Source of the DNA: Marinicella sp.
GTDB lineage: Bacteria > Pseudomonadota > Gammaproteobacteria > Xanthomonadales > Marinicellaceae
Length of the DNA: 64,000 bases
Reading direction: 5' to 3'
Assembly: GCA_965230295.1 (NCBI GenBank)
Contig: OZ246001.1
Coordinates: 288,001-352,000, forward strand
This document shows, piece by piece, positions 31,208 through 40,383 of the stretch. The notes under the pieces were generated by a model that was not told the origin of the DNA, did not search any database, and was given only the letters and a program-made list of their open reading frames with translations. The stretch's first letter is position 1. Each line of letters begins with the position of its first letter. The position numbers and the translations under genes are program-made.

Positions 31208-32551
31208 ATGAAATTAGTTTTGGGTTTATTGGGTTGTTTATTTTTAATGACAGCAGCTGCTGAAGAAGCTGATTTACTGGTTTTAAATATTGATGGCATT
31301 GGCCCAGAATTACTCAACCAAACCAAAGCCATGGAAGGCGTAGACTGGTGGCTTGAAATGGGTGATAAGATGCTGGTCTCAACCAAGCAAAATAAAAGTA
31401 TTCAGTTACCCACTGGTGTAAAGCTTGAATCAGTCCTGCGAAATTTCAATACAAATGACATGGCATTTCACGTATTGGGACACTGTGACCACAGCGAAAT
31501 GGATGACATATTACATGACAACTTGGATGTGGTATATGCCGGAATGACAACAAGAATAGTCAGCCTCAAGAACGTGACTGATAAAAGCCAACTCATCAAA
31601 CATGAGTCTATATTACCTTTTGTAAAAAATCAGGTGTTAACCTATCAGCTTAAAAACCGCAGTTTCACCCATCAACAACAAAAAAATGCACAAGTACAAT
31701 CTTTGGTTGATCAAGTGGATAAGGACCGTTGGTACAGTCAAGTTGAGTATTTTTCGGGGTTGGATCGAATGTTAGAAACTGATCTGGATACTTCAGGAGA
31801 TTGGTTGGAAGGTAAGTTCAGTGACTTGGGTTTAACAACTTCGCGAGTTACATTGCACAACCATTATCGAGGGACCAATGTTTTGGGCTTTAAACAGGGT
31901 ACCAGCCGACCGGATGACTGGTACGTGGTAGGTGCTCATATGGATTCACGCAACAGGTTTTGGGATGACAGCCAACCCTCTCCAGGTGCAGAAGACAACG
32001 CTTCAGGATGTTCCGGGGTTTTAGAAATAGCCAATGTGATCACACAATATGACACCGAGGCGTCCATCATTTTCATGTGTTTCATTGAAGAAGAATCAGG
32101 CTTATTGGGCTCTGCGGACGTGGTGACGAAATTTACCAACGATGGCGATATCAACAAAGTGAAAACCATGCTTAATCTGGATATGATCAGTTACCGGGGA
32201 CCCAACCGCAACACCGCCATTGCTGGAACCAATTCCAGCGCATACCAAACCTTGGCAAACACGATTGCTGCCAATGGTAACCTATACACGGATATTGATT
32301 GGCAAGTAAATCTGAACATGTGCTGTACCGATTTTGTCAGTTTTGCCAATGCAGGCATACCGGCTGTGACTTCCAACCAACCCGATATTTCAAGCTATGC
32401 GGGCTATCACACCTCTGTGGATTTGGCTTCTAACTTAGATCCTGTATTGGGCGCAGGCATAGTGAGGGCTAGTTTGGTCACTTTGATTGATTTGGTCGGC
32501 GTCGATTTCACATCCGGCGACCTTATTTTTGAAGATGACTTTGAAAAGTAA
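31208..32551 (+). CDS. secreted M28 family zinc aminopeptidase
   Basis: GAHMDS, PGAEDNASG, EEESGL.GS, NLDMI and YHT zinc ligands; Sec signal; ends DLIFEDDFEK. Confidence 0.88.
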   Translation: MKLVLGLLGCLFLMTAAAEEADLLVLNIDGIGPELLNQTKAMEGVDWWLEMGDKMLVSTKQNKSIQLPTGVKLESVLRNFNTNDMAFHVLGHCDHSEMDDILHDNLDVVYAGMTTRIVSLKNVTDKSQLIKHESILPFVKNQVLTYQLKNRSFTHQQQKNAQVQSLVDQVDKDRWYSQVEYFSGLDRMLETDLDTSGDWLEGKFSDLGLTTSRVTLHNHYRGTNVLGFKQGTSRPDDWYVVGAHMDSRNRFWDDSQPSPGAEDNASGCSGVLEIANVITQYDTEASIIFMCFIEEESGLLGSADVVTKFTNDGDINKVKTMLNLDMISYRGPNRNTAIAGTNSSAYQTLANTIAANGNLYTDIDWQVNLNMCCTDFVSFANAGIPAVTSNQPDISSYAGYHTSVDLASNLDPVLGAGIVRASLVTLIDLVGVDFTSGDLIFEDDFEK

Positions 32552-32644
32552 CAGCATGCTGCGGGAATTTTAACTGCATTCAATTTAAGGATTTAAGTTA
32601 AAACTTAATAAGACAGCATATGTCACTTTGCTTGAACCCTTATG

Positions 32645-32932
32645 TTAGTTGCCATTGTTATTTTCTGCTTTGGCGATGGCCTCTCCTCCAAGTAATCCCG
32701 CCAGTAAGCCCAGTATCAATTCAAAAGCATGAATCAACATGGTGTGAATGGCACTTAATTGACTGAAAAAAGCTGTTCCAATGGCGAATACCAAAACCAT
32801 CAACAACAACCCTGCAGCCACCAATAGGCGAATTTTATTGAATGCAAATTCAACTCCTTGAGGTTGGTTTTGAGTATCTGACGTTGAATGATCGGCCTGG
32901 ACTTTATTGTGAGAGACTTGTTTAATGAACAT
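32645..32932 (-). CDS. small hypothetical membrane protein (2 TM)
   Basis: RBS GGAG upstream; two hydrophobic segments. Confidence 0.55.
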   Translation of the reverse strand: MFIKQVSHNKVQADHSTSDTQNQPQGVEFAFNKIRLLVAAGLLLMVLVFAIGTAFFSQLSAIHTMLIHAFELILGLLAGLLGGEAIAKAENNNGN

Positions 32933-33268
32933 GCATGACTCCTGACGCTGGTTGAGATTGAAAAGCAGAAATTCGCGATATGTACTGATTAAAAGTAGTG
33001 AGCAAGAATTTCAGGTTCCAATGTACAGTGACTGACGATCAAGCAATCTCTCATCCGCCATTAAGTTTCTTATACAAGAATTCACTGTTATGAGACACCC
33101 TGAAATCATTTTCTCAGTGGCCATTCATAACTCAAATAAACCGCCTCTTATTTCATATACTGATCGAAATTAGTTCAATGATTACATGATGATAGCTATA
33201 CCAAGTGAGAGAATTTGATTTCCTTGCACACCATAGATTAAGATAAATGTACATCTCAGAGGGCCGAT

Positions 33269-34300
33269 ATGGATACTTTAAACCAATCCCGATACAGCTT
33301 AAAGTCAGTCTGTGCGCTTGTTTTTGCGCTGATATTATCAGCCTGCCAAAGTCCAAGTCCCAGATCTGTCTTTACTGATACCATAGAAGACACACCCATT
33401 GAATTACATACCGTTTTATTGGCATCAAAATGTGAATTAGCCAAAGCATTTGTAGCCATAAAAAATCAGGGTATTGACGTTAAAATCTATGATGGCACCA
33501 TGGAATTCAGCGGCACCATTAAAACAACCAAAGACAAAGGTTTCAGTATTTCTGCTGTCATTCCCCTGGGCGCTGAACATGTGCTAGAACCCGATTTTGG
33601 CTACGGGAATACTGCAGTGACCACCCAAAACATCGTTCTTAAAAACAAACTATCCAGTACAGTTAAAGACACTTCAGTGTGTCAATCACCTACATTAGCA
33701 AATTTTGACACCGGCAACTTTATTTCAGAGGCCATCATCAGCACTGCTGATGGCATTGCATCCATCCCAACTGGACCAGATGGCAAGGCTTATCAGCCGT
33801 CATTGAATGAAACCGAACTTAACATCACCACCTCATTCAACGTTGTGAAACTTAAAAATGGCGGCGTGGCTCTTAAGTATGTCTGGCCAACATCTCGAGA
33901 GCACTTGGATGGACTCACACCAGGTGGAACATTGGATAACTCCATCGATACGACCTACACCTTGACCATTAAACTGCCATTGGTTGCAACAAACCCACCC
34001 GTAGACCCACGTAAAATAATGCGCTGTAAAAATGACATCAGTTCAGGTGAAACCATTTGTATAGAGTCTCCCTATATTGTTAGCGCCAATAAAAATGATG
34101 CCATGGAATATGATGACTTCCCAAGTAGAGGCGTCTTGTGGTTTCTGTCAGAAGAATTCATTCAATGGTTAGGAGAAAATGACCTACTTGGCCAAGGAAA
34201 TATGATGCAACAACAATCCCTGCCTTTCAAACTACCTAAGCAGCCTCCTAAAAACCTAAAAGGCAAAGAAGTAGATGACATCTACACACGAGATCGTTGA
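33269..34300 (+). CDS. hypothetical lipoprotein
   Basis: Lipobox ILSAC; RBS GAGGG; 343-aa beta-rich ORF. Confidence 0.65.
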   Translation: MDTLNQSRYSLKSVCALVFALILSACQSPSPRSVFTDTIEDTPIELHTVLLASKCELAKAFVAIKNQGIDVKIYDGTMEFSGTIKTTKDKGFSISAVIPLGAEHVLEPDFGYGNTAVTTQNIVLKNKLSSTVKDTSVCQSPTLANFDTGNFISEAIISTADGIASIPTGPDGKAYQPSLNETELNITTSFNVVKLKNGGVALKYVWPTSREHLDGLTPGGTLDNSIDTTYTLTIKLPLVATNPPVDPRKIMRCKNDISSGETICIESPYIVSANKNDAMEYDDFPSRGVLWFLSEEFIQWLGENDLLGQGNMMQQQSLPFKLPKQPPKNLKGKEVDDIYTRDR

Positions 34301-34576
34301 TTGATAACAAATAAGATTGATTAATTCACCACAAAATAGACTTTAGTAACTTTAACCGCTTCTGCATCTCCTACCAGCATCATGTGATGTCTTCTTTCAT
34401 CAAGATTTTCTGCGTTGTTGAGGTAGAATTAACTACAGAAGCATAATCATTTGCTGAGATCAGAATCTGACCTTGTTGACTTAATAAACCGTCTCTTTTG
34501 CTGAATGTAATTAGGCAATGGTATTGATTTTGGGTAACGGGCAAATATCTAATGAATGCTAATTAATCTTGAACCC

Positions 34577-35323
34577 TTATTCAACTTCACCTTCAATACT
34601 TGACCAATGATCGTCAAATACGCCTGTAAGTAAATTAGAAACAATAAGAAGACAACATCCAATAATTCCAATTGCCATATTTTCGTTTATTGCGCTTTCA
34701 AAAATCGTATCAACATATTTAAGGTAAAATAACATTACAAAAAATGGAAGTACAACGGGGGCATCTATAAAACGGATTAGACCGACTAGGTATCTTTCTT
34801 GCTTAGTATTTTTGATACCTAACTTGTTTGCTTGACTTTTCACATGTCTCAAAGCAATGTAATTTACGAAAAAAAAGAAGATCAGAGGCATCATAGGAAT
34901 GTAAGGTGCAATACCGTGAATTAAAACGTAGAATGCCTTTCCATCCTCTTGAATTTCAAGCAAAGGAATAAGTTCGCCTTGACTATTAACAACCTTTGTT
35001 TCAAAGAAGATCACAGTTAGTTTTATCAGTATAAAAATGCCAATCACATTGAGCACACAACTCTTAATTCGTGCATTGAATTTTCTAGATGCATACTCAA
35101 AACCGCTAAATTGCATCAGTTTTTGTGCCACAAGAAACACATGAACAAGAGCTGCAATCTCCCAAGCTGCCAAAGGAGGTACTTGCCAACCAACGTAAGA
35201 AGAAAGAAATTTAAGATATGAAGCAATAACAAGAATTACAATAAAAACTATTAAGTGCGTCCAAGCTGAACAGCGAGAATATAGAAAATTCTGAACTCGT
35301 TTGAAATATGAAAAAAAACTCAT
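34577..35323 (-). CDS. hypothetical integral membrane protein (~6 TM), last gene of the island operon
   Basis: Hydrophobic segments; start overlaps the stop of the upstream methyltransferase. Confidence 0.7.
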   Translation of the reverse strand: MSFFSYFKRVQNFLYSRCSAWTHLIVFIVILVIASYLKFLSSYVGWQVPPLAAWEIAALVHVFLVAQKLMQFSGFEYASRKFNARIKSCVLNVIGIFILIKLTVIFFETKVVNSQGELIPLLEIQEDGKAFYVLIHGIAPYIPMMPLIFFFFVNYIALRHVKSQANKLGIKNTKQERYLVGLIRFIDAPVVLPFFVMLFYLKYVDTIFESAINENMAIGIIGCCLLIVSNLLTGVFDDHWSSIEGEVE

Positions 35324-36081
35324 TCTAGTTTCTTCCCAATTATAAGATGATCTTGAAAATCAATTTCTAGGGTTGCATCAGCATATTTCACAAGACGATT
35401 TCCAAATGCTTCCGTCGTAGGAATTGTAGGTCGCCAAAACCTTCTAAGTGATTCAAGTTCAGCTTTGCTAAAACCATCTCCATCTGGAAATTGAAACCGA
35501 GAACGTAGCGTGAATGATGATTCATCGAGATTAAATAGGCGAAAGAGTGATTCAACTTTGTTAGCACAATTTGGCAATGGTGGCAAATCTAGAAAGAAAG
35601 GGCTCTGTTCTGGGAGAACTAAAGCAAACACTGCTCCTCCAGGACGCAAATGAAAATTAATCAAGTCCTTTAATGACTCTTCGAAGTTATCAATGTAGTA
35701 GGTAGAGTGTAAAAACAGAATTGCATCAGTAACATAATCTTCAGGAATTTCTTTGATATTAGAAAACGAATTGTATAGAGGTCCTAGTTTTGATCTTGGC
35801 AAGATATGAGCTTTCACACGTTCTCTAGCCGTTTGTGATGGCTCGACTATCGTTAGTGAAGGGAAGCATCTGGTTTTTGTAAATATCTGTTCGCATATTG
35901 TTTCAGTAGAAGTACCTGTCCCACAACCTATATCTAAAATTGATGTTTGGCAACTCTTGGATGAAGCGTACTTTACAATCGCCCCTGCAATTGCACTTGT
36001 TATTTTATACCAATCATCTGTACTGCAGAACTGTGAAAACAACCTGTAAGAATGATCATGCTTTTTCCAAAAGTCAGACAT
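35320..36081 (-). CDS. class I SAM-dependent methyltransferase
   Basis: Motif I ILDIGCGTG, IVEPS, DAILFLHSTYY and LRPGG. Confidence 0.85.
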   Translation of the reverse strand: MSDFWKKHDHSYRLFSQFCSTDDWYKITSAIAGAIVKYASSKSCQTSILDIGCGTGTSTETICEQIFTKTRCFPSLTIVEPSQTARERVKAHILPRSKLGPLYNSFSNIKEIPEDYVTDAILFLHSTYYIDNFEESLKDLINFHLRPGGAVFALVLPEQSPFFLDLPPLPNCANKVESLFRLFNLDESSFTLRSRFQFPDGDGFSKAELESLRRFWRPTIPTTEAFGNRLVKYADATLEIDFQDHLIIGKKLE

Positions 36082-36730
36082 GTTTAAGTATGTTGAGTTG
36101 TTTATCTTCTAAAAGAAATACAGCATCAAAAGGGATAGTGAGTCTCCTTTGATATAACAATATAGTAATTTGATTTTTATTCCTGCGTATTTTAACAATC
36201 TCTGAAAGAAGACTAATTTGCAGTTTATTACTTGGACATGGAATCTCATCAATGATTAAAAGGAATGGATCTAGAATATATGCATAAAAACAAACCACTA
36301 CCCGCCAAAGATCTGGATTCGAAAGATCTCTCGGATTACATTCTAAATTTTTTGGAAGCGAGTGTTTTTCTGCGAAATCAATGTAAATATTTTCTAAAGA
36401 TAGTTTATCTGTGCCTATCGCATAAGAATATAATTCATTCCGAACGGATGAACCAAGAATAGATAAATGACCAACCTGTTGAATATAGGAAGTAATTTTG
36501 CACCGTTCTGCTGGTGGGGTGACTGCTGGCGATATTCCATTAATGAAATAGCTTCCACTATCAGGTTTAATTAACCCAGCAAGAAGACGACCAAATGTCG
36601 TTTTTCCTGAACCATTGTCTCCAATAATTAAAATGCTCTGCCCAGCATCAAAATTGCAGTTGATACCTGATAAGATTGGAGAGGTGGGCCCATATGAAAA
36701 TTCCAAATTTTTAATTTGCAATGTAGTCAT
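36074..36730 (-). CDS. ECF-type ABC ATPase (Walker A/B intact, signature degenerate)
   Basis: NLEFSY, GDNGSGKTT, LAGLIKPDSG, DLSNPD in place of LSGG, LLIIDE. Confidence 0.85.
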   Translation of the reverse strand: MTTLQIKNLEFSYGPTSPILSGINCNFDAGQSILIIGDNGSGKTTFGRLLAGLIKPDSGSYFINGISPAVTPPAERCKITSYIQQVGHLSILGSSVRNELYSYAIGTDKLSLENIYIDFAEKHSLPKNLECNPRDLSNPDLWRVVVCFYAYILDPFLLIIDEIPCPSNKLQISLLSEIVKIRRNKNQITILLYQRRLTIPFDAVFLLEDKQLNILKHV

Positions 36731-36735
36731 AATAA

Positions 36736-37257
36736 TTATTGTACCTCGATTAATCTTGATCCAGAACTTTCTAGGTTTCTTGCGTTTATCAGGTGGGGTA
36801 TCAATATCTTATTATCGTAATCAACAAATGCTGTATTTAGAATACCTAAATTCTCAAAACCATCCAAAAGTTTTCTGATTGTTGAATCTGAAAGGTGGCC
36901 AATAAAATCGACGAAAAGTAGATTATTACACATGCGATTCGCGAACAGAGATAACGCCAAAACTTTTCGCCAACCACCAGAAAGGTGATACACTTTTTTT
37001 TCAAGCACCCCCTCCCAAGACCAAAATTCTATAAACTGATTACAGTTCATGCGAGCATCCAGACACTTATTTTGATGGCTAACCACAAGGTCAATTTCTT
37101 CGCTAACAAACTGTGTGAGGCATGAATATTCAGCAAAAAGAACCGGAGCAAAATAAATCACTGGCTTATCTATGAATCTCGCAAATTGGTTACATATAGT
37201 TTGCGGACGTTGTTCCATTAAACTCCAATCTGAACAAGATATTTGGTAAAAATTCAT
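36736..37257 (-). CDS. truncated ABC ATPase-like subunit (signature intact, no Walker A)
   Basis: VSEEI, VYHLSGGWRKVLAL and LLFVDF..HL; position in the ECF operon. Confidence 0.65.
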   Translation of the reverse strand: MNFYQISCSDWSLMEQRPQTICNQFARFIDKPVIYFAPVLFAEYSCLTQFVSEEIDLVVSHQNKCLDARMNCNQFIEFWSWEGVLEKKVYHLSGGWRKVLALSLFANRMCNNLLFVDFIGHLSDSTIRKLLDGFENLGILNTAFVDYDNKILIPHLINARNLESSGSRLIEVQ

Positions 37258-37964
37258 AGGCCGTAATTTCGTTGTATGCCGACTAGAAATAACATTACAA
37301 GTGTAATGAAAAGCAACTTTTGCGCTAAAGTCAGTACTGGCTTTCTCGGATTAGTTGGATAAAAGTAGTGAGGACTTCCCACGATTTCTCGATAGCGAAA
37401 TGCATAGGCTGCTTCGCAAATTGCTGATGTTAACAAAGGAACAATCCAAACATTTAGGTGACGAATATGCTGCAATTTCGTTTCCAGCGGTATTCCTCGT
37501 AGAATACTTGTTTCTCGAATAGTTTCAAGCCTTCGTATTAGTCGCTCTCTTGTAGCGAAGACCGAAATAAGTGGTCTAAATGCTCTTAAACCAGTCCAAT
37601 GTGATAACTCGTGAGGTAATCTTTCTCCTTCCAACTCTGAAACCATGAAAAGTCCAGGAAGAATAACAAGAAAATATGCGTACAATGGAAAAGGTAAACT
37701 TTGTATCAGCTTTTCTGCTTCCAATAAGTCTAAATTGCCGTTAATTATCAATGTCATCATAAAAACATATACAAATGTAAACATTACCAGCAGTAATGCT
37801 GATGACCACTTTTTCCGTATTATGAGAAAAATTGGTAAAATTGTGACACAGATCGCTAGATATAATAATTTCTCACCAAGAAAGTACTCAGCACTATTTT
37901 TAAATAGAAATGATACCAAATAAAGCCCTACCAACACGAATACTGTAAAGTTTGGTGACTTCAT
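37254..37964 (-). CDS. putative ECF transporter transmembrane (T) component
   Basis: N-terminal TMs; IRETSILRG and VPLL...A...RE resembling the two EcfT X-R-X motifs; between the S component and the ATPases. Confidence 0.65.
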   Translation of the reverse strand: MKSPNFTVFVLVGLYLVSFLFKNSAEYFLGEKLLYLAICVTILPIFLIIRKKWSSALLLVMFTFVYVFMMTLIINGNLDLLEAEKLIQSLPFPLYAYFLVILPGLFMVSELEGERLPHELSHWTGLRAFRPLISVFATRERLIRRLETIRETSILRGIPLETKLQHIRHLNVWIVPLLTSAICEAAYAFRYREIVGSPHYFYPTNPRKPVLTLAQKLLFITLVMLFLVGIQRNYGL

Positions 37965-37966
37965 CT

Positions 37967-38542
37967 TTATTCATTTAATGGTTTTGTTTGTGATCGAAGT
38001 CCAAAATCTTTAAAAAACCTTCTAGGAAGGGAACGAAGAATGAGACAAGCAGATATTGACACTAATATCTTGTCAACAATTTCAGAAGAGATTCCAGATA
38101 AAATCACTGAGTTTAAAATATTTTGACCAGTTTGTCGTATTAGGGCTGTTAACAAATCTACACCACTGGCAGTCACACCACCAAACAAATAAGCAGTCAC
38201 TGGTGCTGAAACAATTGCTGCAACCAGAGCCAGAATAATGCCAGCAATAACGCTTGATCGGATATTTCGGAACATTTGTTTTTTTGTAAGCAACTCACAA
38301 GTGATTACAAGGGCTATAAGGGTCGCAGAGTATGCTGGCAAGTATGGGTTGATTATTAAGAAGCCAACTCCTACAGTAATTGAACCGGTTAATAGACCAT
38401 ACCGCCATCCGAGAAGTACAGTTGAGAGAATCAGGCCAATCGAGTCTAAATAGATTGGTAATTTCAACCATGAAACTATCCCACCTATTGTTAAATTGAT
38501 AGCGGCCAATGCCAGAGCAATTGATGTTTTTTGAATATTCAT
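37967..38542 (-). CDS. ECF transporter substrate-specific S component (STY3230-like family)
   Basis: AINL.IG....LKLPIYLDSIG, LFGGVT.SGVD and GQNILNSV......VDK. Confidence 0.82.
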   Translation of the reverse strand: MNIQKTSIALALAAINLTIGGIVSWLKLPIYLDSIGLILSTVLLGWRYGLLTGSITVGVGFLIINPYLPAYSATLIALVITCELLTKKQMFRNIRSSVIAGIILALVAAIVSAPVTAYLFGGVTASGVDLLTALIRQTGQNILNSVILSGISSEIVDKILVSISACLILRSLPRRFFKDFGLRSQTKPLNE

Positions 38543-38965
38543 CTTCAAAATTATTTACATGTAATAAATGCTGAACCCATTTTGTATATAAAAAATATAT
38601 CTAGATATTTTGATAATCACTTCAATATATCCTTACTTCCGAACTGAAGGAAAAAATTTTATTAATAATACACAAGACTTGCGTATAAATAAACAATATT
38701 TTACTTTCGATATGTGCAAATAATATTTTAATTACAATTACACTGTAAAATACAGACATGTAAAATTAGCTACTATCGAGGAATGTATCGAGAACCTGAA
38801 ATCAAATATTGCTAGAATTGAGTCTGAAAGAGCATGAACTTAATCCGGACTAGAAATTATATGAACCCGGGTTCAATAATCATAGTGGCCAATTTTCAAG
38901 TGTATTTTACGCCTCATATTACACTCTTGATTTAACCCATTAATGACTTAAACAATAAATAATTT

Positions 38966-38978
38966 TAAGTGATTGATT
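38966..38978 (-). promoter_or_regulatory. IHF-consensus site next to the tRNA 3' end
   Basis: Minus strand AATCAATCACTTA equals WATCAANNNNTTR, 15 nt beyond the tRNA CCA. Confidence 0.5.
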
Positions 38979-38993
38979 TTAAAAATAAAAAGA

Positions 38994-39070
38994 TGGTGCG
39001 CTCGGAGGGAATTGAACCCCCGACCTGCCGCTTAGGAGGCGGCCGCTCTATCCGGCTGAGCTACGAACGC
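38994..39070 (-). tRNA. tRNA-Arg(CCT)
   Basis: GCGTTCGTAGCTCAGCCGGATAGAGCGGCCGCCT-CCT-AAGCGGCAGGTCGGGGGTTCAATTCCCTCCGAGCGCACCA: 77-nt cloverleaf with encoded CCA. Confidence 0.97.
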
Positions 39071-39088
39071 ATTGGATTTTTGGGTATT

Positions 39089-40024
39089 CTATTCTGTGTG
39101 GGTTTTTTCTGCAAACACTATGGCGATTTGATCGGCTTGGGGGTTGGTGGTCACACGAGTTATTTGGTGTAGATTGGGGTCGTTGAATTCTTGCACAATG
39201 TACCACCGCTGTTGGTCGGTGCTGACGAATAGTGTGTTGTCTCTGCCGGCCCAGAAACGGCCTTTGCTGTCCAGGGTGAAATCTTCCACACCCATGGGTA
39301 AGGCCATCACATCTTCTGCGGCTTTGCTGTCGACTGTGTATCTCTTAATGCGCCAGGGTGTGGTGTTTTTATCAACAAAGTATAAATATTTGTGGGCTTG
39401 ATCGGTAATGAATGCGCGGCCAATGTTGCTGACTTTTTGTGTACTTTTCAAATCTTTGCCTTGGTGGTACAAGTCACCACCATTGTCGTCATTCAAAACA
39501 AACGACCAGAGACTGCCATCGGCTGTCCAGTTAAAATAACCAATTTGCTTCAAATCGCTGTACCTTTTCGCCTGCTCACCTGGTTTCGTTTGGTTATCCA
39601 ACAGCACCACATATTGATCACCTTTATCATCCACTTGCACCACACTCAAGCCCTTGCCGTTTATCAATGGTGTGGGTGAATATTCACTTTCTTTGGTGAT
39701 CAAATAGGGGTTTGTTTCACCGCTGTGCGCATCATATTGGTATATGTCCATTTGGAAGCCATTGTCACTGGTGACCGCATGGGTGTAGTACAGGTATTTT
39801 CCATCCAATGAGAATTTCGGCTGAGAGTCATAACCAGGTTGGTTGGTGATGTTTTTTCCTGCGCCCAGTTCAACCACACCATCAGACCGGTTTTTGATAT
39901 CAAACAACAAAATTTCATTGCCCGGGATCGCTGGCACTGTCGGAGTAGCGGGTGTTTCAGTGACTTCTTCAGAAAGAGATACAGGTGCGATCAGCAGAAA
40001 GAGGATTGAATAGATAAATTTCAT
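39089..40024 (-). CDS. secreted TolB/PD40-like beta-propeller protein
   Basis: Signal peptide; NITNQPGYDSQPKFSLDG and ESEYSPTP repeats. Confidence 0.75.
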   Translation of the reverse strand: MKFIYSILFLLIAPVSLSEEVTETPATPTVPAIPGNEILLFDIKNRSDGVVELGAGKNITNQPGYDSQPKFSLDGKYLYYTHAVTSDNGFQMDIYQYDAHSGETNPYLITKESEYSPTPLINGKGLSVVQVDDKGDQYVVLLDNQTKPGEQAKRYSDLKQIGYFNWTADGSLWSFVLNDDNGGDLYHQGKDLKSTQKVSNIGRAFITDQAHKYLYFVDKNTTPWRIKRYTVDSKAAEDVMALPMGVEDFTLDSKGRFWAGRDNTLFVSTDQQRWYIVQEFNDPNLHQITRVTTNPQADQIAIVFAEKTHTE

Positions 40025-40383
40025 GTTTTAACTCCAAGCCAAAAGGCCAAAAAACAACAAAAAGTGGTTGCTGCAGTGTAAGCAATGGCTTTACTCAATT
40101 GGTCGTTTTGGATCATCAACACCGTTTCCAATGAAAATGTTGACCAGGTTGTTAATGCACCCAACAAACCCACAGTGATGAACAACCGCATGGCTTCGCT
40201 GATACTTGCATGGGACTGTAAATATTGATAAGCGAATCCCATCAGGTAACAGCCGACCACATTAACTGACAGCGTGGCCCAAAATAACGGCGCATTGAAC
40301 AGGTTAATGACCAACAGGTTGACACCATAACGGATGCTGGCACCCAGTGCCCCACCCAAAGCCACTGCCAGTAAGGACAGCAT
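40021..40383 (-). CDS. crcB: fluoride efflux channel Fluc/CrcB
   Basis: GGALGASIRY, TLSVNVVG and GLLGALTTWSTFS. Confidence 0.93.
   Translation of the reverse strand: MLSLLAVALGGALGASIRYGVNLLVINLFNAPLFWATLSVNVVGCYLMGFAYQYLQSHASISEAMRLFITVGLLGALTTWSTFSLETVLMIQNDQLSKAIAYTAATTFCCFLAFWLGVKT

Larger units (their letters stand above)
34577..38990 (-). mobile_element. AT-rich genomic islet at the tRNA-Arg 3' end (no integrase seen; left boundary uncertain)
   Basis: Visibly lower GC and frequent CTAG (rare in the flanks); IHF-like site next to the tRNA 3' end. Confidence 0.6.

Noticed and set aside
38549-38620. preQ1 riboswitch upstream of the ECF S component (GGGTTCAG on the minus strand)
   Set aside because: No complementary CCC stem or A-rich 3' tail in the right arrangement; an Rfam scan would be needed to exclude it fully.
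38969-39172. 67-aa plus-strand ORF
   Set aside because: It is the antisense reading of tRNA-Arg.
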